From a virus (lineage: Duplodnaviria; Caudoviricetes), in the IMG/VR virus record IMGVR_UViG_3300043177_000240, positions 1 through 36,436 of that record: DNA of 36,436 nucleotides; one strand, 5' to 3'. The notes below the pieces were generated by a model, which ran no database searches, was not told where the DNA came from, and saw only the letters and a program-made list of their open reading frames with translations. Both the position numbers and the translations under genes were made by a program. This document shows, one piece after another, positions 34,101 to 36,436 of this stretch; position 1 is the first letter of the stretch, and each line of letters begins with the position of its first letter.

Positions 34101-36436
34101 ATACGACCTGCACCTGCCCACGCTGATGCAGCCGATCCAGAACAGGGATATCTGCAGAGCCCTGATAAACGAACGCCGCAGACAGATCCCGATGACGATC
34201 CAGTATGTCCGCGCTGGTCGCTTCCACCGACAGCAGGCGCAAATTGTCTGTGCTGATCCCGCGCAGCAGTTCCGGACGGCGACTGAACACCTGGACACGA
34301 ATACCGTGTTCATTCAGCCGACGGACAAACTCGATCCAGCCGGGTCCGAGATCGCCCTTATCCAGCAACCGTAACGCCTTGTTGTTGTGATATTCCATGG
34401 TGGCCTGGTATTCCCTGGCCACTTCATCGGCCGCACGGGCAGGATCGTTGCGGATCGCCCAATCCACCAGCTCACTTTTCACGATCACGGACGAAAACTG
34501 ATACCGCCCGCGCGTTGCGTAACAATACCGGGCGCACGATGGCGACGGGCGGCAATTGACAAAACTGCCGTTGACGTTATTGACAGGTTTAGCGGCTGCA
34601 CTGAGCATCCGCAAGGAACCTTCCAGAATGTGCCAGATGCCATCTGGCCCATGTCTGGCCAACATTTCGCGGGTACCGGATACCGTCAGTGAATCCAGCG
34701 CAGAAACCACTCGTGGTTGCTGTCCGGTAATCAGATCATTTATCGCGGCGCGAACAAAAACTGCTTCCACCGCCTGAAACGACCACGGCGTACCGGCATG
34801 CTGCCGTAACTGCGCAAGAAACCCGGCCGCATCATCGAGACTCGCCACAGTGTCGTCGAAAACCTGCCGTTCGTCTGCGGTGAAATTATCGAGAGAACGA
34901 CGCAGGATGCGCCTCGCCTCACCATAGGTTCCCGTCCGCTCGAGAACCCCGACCGGTACCGCCGGCACGCGGTCCGCCGGCGTCGCCGTCACGCCACGAT
35001 CCGGCATGAAACGAGCCACGACACGCGGATCCATGCCGCGCCTTATCCGATCCATCAGCCGGCGCAGACGATTCTGCCCGGTCACATCGTCCGGCGCCGT
35101 CCGTGCCAGCCGGCGACGCAACCGGCGATAATCGAACAACCGTTCCATCTGCGACAGCGCCGGACCAATCCGCTGCAATAAACGCGTATCGCCCCGATAA
35201 CCAGCCGCCGGTTCGCGGACCCCGGTGCCCCGGCGTATCAGCTCTTCGGCTACCGCGCGACGGAACCCTTCGTCATCGTCCTCGTACCGCCTCGCCAGAC
35301 GATCCACGGTCTCCTCATCAAGACCGGACAGATCCACATAGGACGGCACAGTGTCCGGCAACAGCTCAGCGAACTGCTCAGCGGATGATTCATCCGTAGA
35401 CCGTTCATCGTAGGACTGGTATTTTCTCTCCAGCTCCTCGTCTAACTGCCGGTTAACCGCCTCGGAATTGACCCGCGAATAGACCTTGGTGCCGCGAATT
35501 TCCCGGTCAATCATCTCCACCAGCACCTGCGCGTCAGGATCACCCTGCGCATTACGAACCGGATACCCTTCTTCATCCAGAATCTGCGCCGCCTTGTCCA
35601 GCGCCGCATAACCCTTCCGGGTAAACGGCCGCATCACGCCATAACCGCGCGTGGTGCGCATATCAACCGGATCAAAACCATATTCCGACTGCAGAACATC
35701 ACGCGAAAGACCGTAGCCTTCAGCGCCAAAAAACCGCGTTTTGGACAGATATTCCAGCAGTGAATCACGCTGCGGGTTCGCCGTGATCCGCCCGCTCGAG
35801 CGCGCGCGTGACACGCCAGCAACGCTCGCCGGCGGCGCCACAACGGGCGTAGCCGGCGATTCGACTTTCGGCAGATAAGCCCGGTCAACCTGCGACAGCA
35901 GCTCCTGTAACCGTTTTGTGCGCTGAGTATCGCCGGCCCGCTGCGCCCTCGTGATTTCGTTCTCCACCGCAGTCGATACGCGATCCAGCGTAACCGCCAG
36001 AGCTTCATCACGGGTTCGATAAGGCGCCTTGCGGTTCGGCTTCAGATCACGATGAACGTCACTGTCATCCATCGTCATATCGAACCCGGCGGCCCATTCG
36101 TCGGGCGCAATCTGTTTCAGGCGCACCCGAACGTTTCCCCCGTCGACCCCGAACACCAGATCTTCTTCAGGCTGCTGCGACAAAACAGCTTCTGCCTGCG
36201 GTTCAGGAACAGACGGCGGGGGCGACCCGCGCGTCGACGGCTCCGACGGAGGCCGGGACCGCAGCGCCGCAGAATCGGGCGGTGCCCCCTGAAGCGCTTC
36301 TTCAGGCCATGGCGGTGGCGGCTCCGGCGGGGGGACGGGCTCCGGCGGGGGGACGGGCTCCGGCGGGGGGACGGGCTCCGGCGGCGGGGGCTGCGGCGGC
36401 GGTGGCGGGGGCGGCGCCTCAGCGCGCTGCTGATCA
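28180..36436 (-). CDS. Giant polyvalent DNA-ejection protein (~3060 aa including the 1050..125 part): Gp88-like Cys domain, RadC/JAB, ADP-ribosyltransferase-like and C-terminal ejectosome/LPD38-like domain
   Basis: CRPSPSCARYCYA..G; E...HNHPSG.S.PS.AD; WHAS...FD.F....GSGEG.QAYGWGMYF; NGLLSG..TH..N, DEFFK, TFQ, PFVRTP.NI, GWQPYS and LEP.G. The frame stays open from 36183 to the contig end. Confidence 0.88.
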   Translation of the reverse strand, partial: DQQRAEAPPPPPPPQPPPPEPVPPPEPVPPPEPVPPPEPPPPWPEEALQGAPPDSAALRSRPPSEPSTRGSPPPSVPEPQAEAVLSQQPEEDLVFGVDGGNVRVRLKQIAPDEWAAGFDMTMDDSDVHRDLKPNRKAPYRTRDEALAVTLDRVSTAVENEITRAQRAGDTQRTKRLQELLSQVDRAYLPKVESPATPVVAPPASVAGVSRARSSGRITANPQRDSLLEYLSKTRFFGAEGYGLSRDVLQSEYGFDPVDMRTTRGYGVMRPFTRKGYAALDKAAQILDEEGYPVRNAQGDPDAQVLVEMIDREIRGTKVYSRVNSEAVNRQLDEELERKYQSYDERSTDESSAEQFAELLPDTVPSYVDLSGLDEETVDRLARRYEDDDEGFRRAVAEELIRRGTGVREPAAGYRGDTRLLQRIGPALSQMERLFDYRRLRRRLARTAPDDVTGQNRLRRLMDRIRRGMDPRVVARFMPDRGVTATPADRVPAVPVGVLERTGTYGEARRILRRSLDNFTADERQVFDDTVASLDDAAGFLAQLRQHAGTPWSFQAVEAVFVRAAINDLITGQQPRVVSALDSLTVSGTREMLARHGPDGIWHILEGSLRMLSAAAKPVNNVNGSFVNCRPSPSCARYCYATRGRYQFSSVIVKSELVDWAIRNDPARAADEVAREYQATMEYHNNKALRLLDKGDLGPGWIEFVRRLNEHGIRVQVFSRRPELLRGISTDNLRLLSVEATSADILDRHRDLSAAFVYQGSADIPVLDRLHQRGQVQVVLPVKLGHRLLSREELQSLKRSLPSVRPYVCPIDAGIKKLPSPDKKKSWNCTQCDKNGGFGCFFGKPTQAVLRSAVFGTNVRTKQQLVIALKEKLHELSTRLDELIGAASAGTGQDVAGTVPRRAGELSRIIQDVRLFLDDVLSVSGVAAERSASERLPDGNRSDPDQAQGGVRVEEGLSVGPPGQRVTNRPASQPDPAGVFYGPQIPLRPGTTLAQKKTGLMAAKAVFYRDISAGARLLASDLWKDWSEGSGSALVGATVRNAHDLATLAQVLRDNRFETVRFFFVRRGRIVHHTAFSSRMPGFVNFGVVPGGRRVYQQAAQSVREMSSYNSRRASASEALMLDIVQQFQQSGADSIWMMHNHPSGRSSPSTADVAFTNVFNMLMSSVGQGSALKGHVVIDQDEYSVISPNHRGPVVPVPITSPRYDAEIPHQVLGTTITNQLSVVRVARALHGDRGRRPGFVTLVSVGARGNVRAAAEFPLGLLTARLADPLARHRVRARLRRFWRHTGASHVGGSDAHFLVAITAKPEDSAELVELVNDGLLIDVVNTQTEQSIYQHAHVVMPVSSRWSYLAGLYGVREPAWHASKQQFDRFRVEYVGSGEGHQAYGWGMYFSESRDLGMYYYRLFREPMEPLFDGVPLRKGLAGADAQQQEATNRYVARVWEEVQRFNAEQHPNATISVRRNEKNLRTLADRVRSRIELYGDQADVLDLEARSILAEVAELHAPEDRARRQYGDDWLTASEAVTILAARLLKSGVVQFRESLPVLYEVDISSAALQKDASLNLDQPLDQQPDVVRKLRGAGPFTDDFRLLPSLVRAAMNGPPSLRFIAMAPTGKLTGQGLYRALESLAEHAPQTMPLEGDQPGSVAEHASRWLLSRGIRTMVYRDPNLERDNPYRNVVVLDPYRDVRVVNQFTGRNADELLSATRVAEPAGPYLPPPQEIGADQVLIEPGVVVPRRNDGPWVSLWEFVRYRNKDVSSSSAEGPSGRVVMTPEAVARAWHAGARWINVQTGQLQTLAQGAMAVQDHEQATEAELTSGQGALPLREVDNLGRPIPPQMAGQDLFGWTTQPQGSRDPQAELQQQEAAMFSLPAPGGSASLPPWRQGDLLTADALRADGRRAVAVLISQYEGGNAGQMSPADLIGRLHALANSGLVFPEGFRAALRTQLSRAEEALRSPAGWNSEVEQDVLAGLQAMIADASGTMVREQQPHWQPDAERDGPRNVHSGGGEYSMREFGLLSDAEQALLEQVMLNFDSAIEKQRGGRQAQSWEATEQAAIERIREQFSVDLDSLLKRRPGSVVNAVQLEEFGIMLATVTKNLMDLARRAARTGSKDDLLALAEMREKLGLLLAPVMGYHTEAGRALNIIAKQKRILDDANAVLEAMGGGSEQVLQDFALRVAAAETPDQVIGLTRASYTPTWWDKFYEYWQNGLLSGLTTHAVNISSNAVFRVLDEVSGALGALMTKDYDTRRVVARFKALSYGTYLGLRNARHYWLHEESSVTPGVVAHEPFQTGKAIGGQAGHWVRTPWRALGAEDEFFKSIAYYAELADIAMGDALRRSPDDPLPVFRQNMANVLNRPEWLSRARDAARHATFQDKLGPLGSQFVALRTRSKFLQLIAPFVRTPVNIIKTALDYTPAGLLRAQTRRLLSGEGHARDVALARGRMSLGTAMMTGAMALAMLGLLTGAGPDDREERAMLQRMGWQPYSVRIGNRYYRYSRLEPLGVIIGLAADMADLIGYFDREDVQRIPSLLVTSIMLNLGDKTFLRGVADFAQFVTDPERYGQQWVASYGASLLPASSLLGQVARTHDPYAREARGVLDAIRERIPLVREKLAKRIDFGGEPIQQTATIGVPVAISPVRDDALTQTMLSLGLTKGRPTRKIQGVTLSDADYEDFAAYIGRVRQIQLTPVVRSPQFKHLMSENPEAARSVLNQLFERTTDHARMAWLWRRPEILAETIRARQTVRQTAVGALP
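36313..36436. repeat. Terminal direct repeat (circular-assembly overlap), copy 2
   Basis: Matches 1-124 with one mismatch. Confidence 0.95.

Larger units (their letters stand above)
1..36436. mobile_element. Complete podovirus-like tailed phage genome (P22-like portal, N4-gp56-type capsid)
   Basis: Packaging, head, short-tail, ejection, lysis and early modules are all present. No host genes and no tape measure gene. Circular overlap at the ends. Confidence 0.92.

Noticed and set aside
1-36436. Integrase, reverse transcriptase/DGR, tRNA genes or stop-codon recoding
   Set aside because: No recognisable motifs seen. Genes tile densely under the standard code with all three stops in use. A tRNA or ncRNA scan was not run.

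Overview
This window looks like a complete, circularly permuted ~36.3 kb podovirus-type phage genome. Bases 1-124 repeat at 36313-36436 with one mismatch, and a reading frame runs in phase across the join. A long minus-strand arm carries a replication-initiator C-terminal-like ORF, terS/terL, a P22-like portal, scaffold, an N4-gp56-type capsid and a decoration protein. It continues with a four-gene glycosylation cassette (TPR-glycosyltransferase, SAM methyltransferase, two GT-A enzymes), adaptor, tail genes, a GNAT-fold protein and ejection proteins. It ends with a ~3060-aa polyvalent ejection protein (Gp88-like Cys domain, RadC/JAB, ADP-ribosyltransferase-like, C-terminal ejectosome-like domain), a LamG-like receptor-binding protein and a lysis cassette with an M15 endolysin. 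A plus-strand early arm (19.1-24.4 kb) has an acidic first gene, an Imm5-like protein, an SSB-like protein, a PD-(D/E)XK exonuclease, a VRR-NUC-like nuclease and small proteins, interrupted by a minus-strand cro-like gene. I recognised no polymerase, primase, helicase, integrase, CI, tRNA or CRISPR array. The most notable items are a candidate virion O-glycosylation system, the multi-effector injected protein with a recurring inter-domain motif, and a divergent promoter pair sharing one palindromic -35 box. Family calls come from motif recognition by eye, not database searches.
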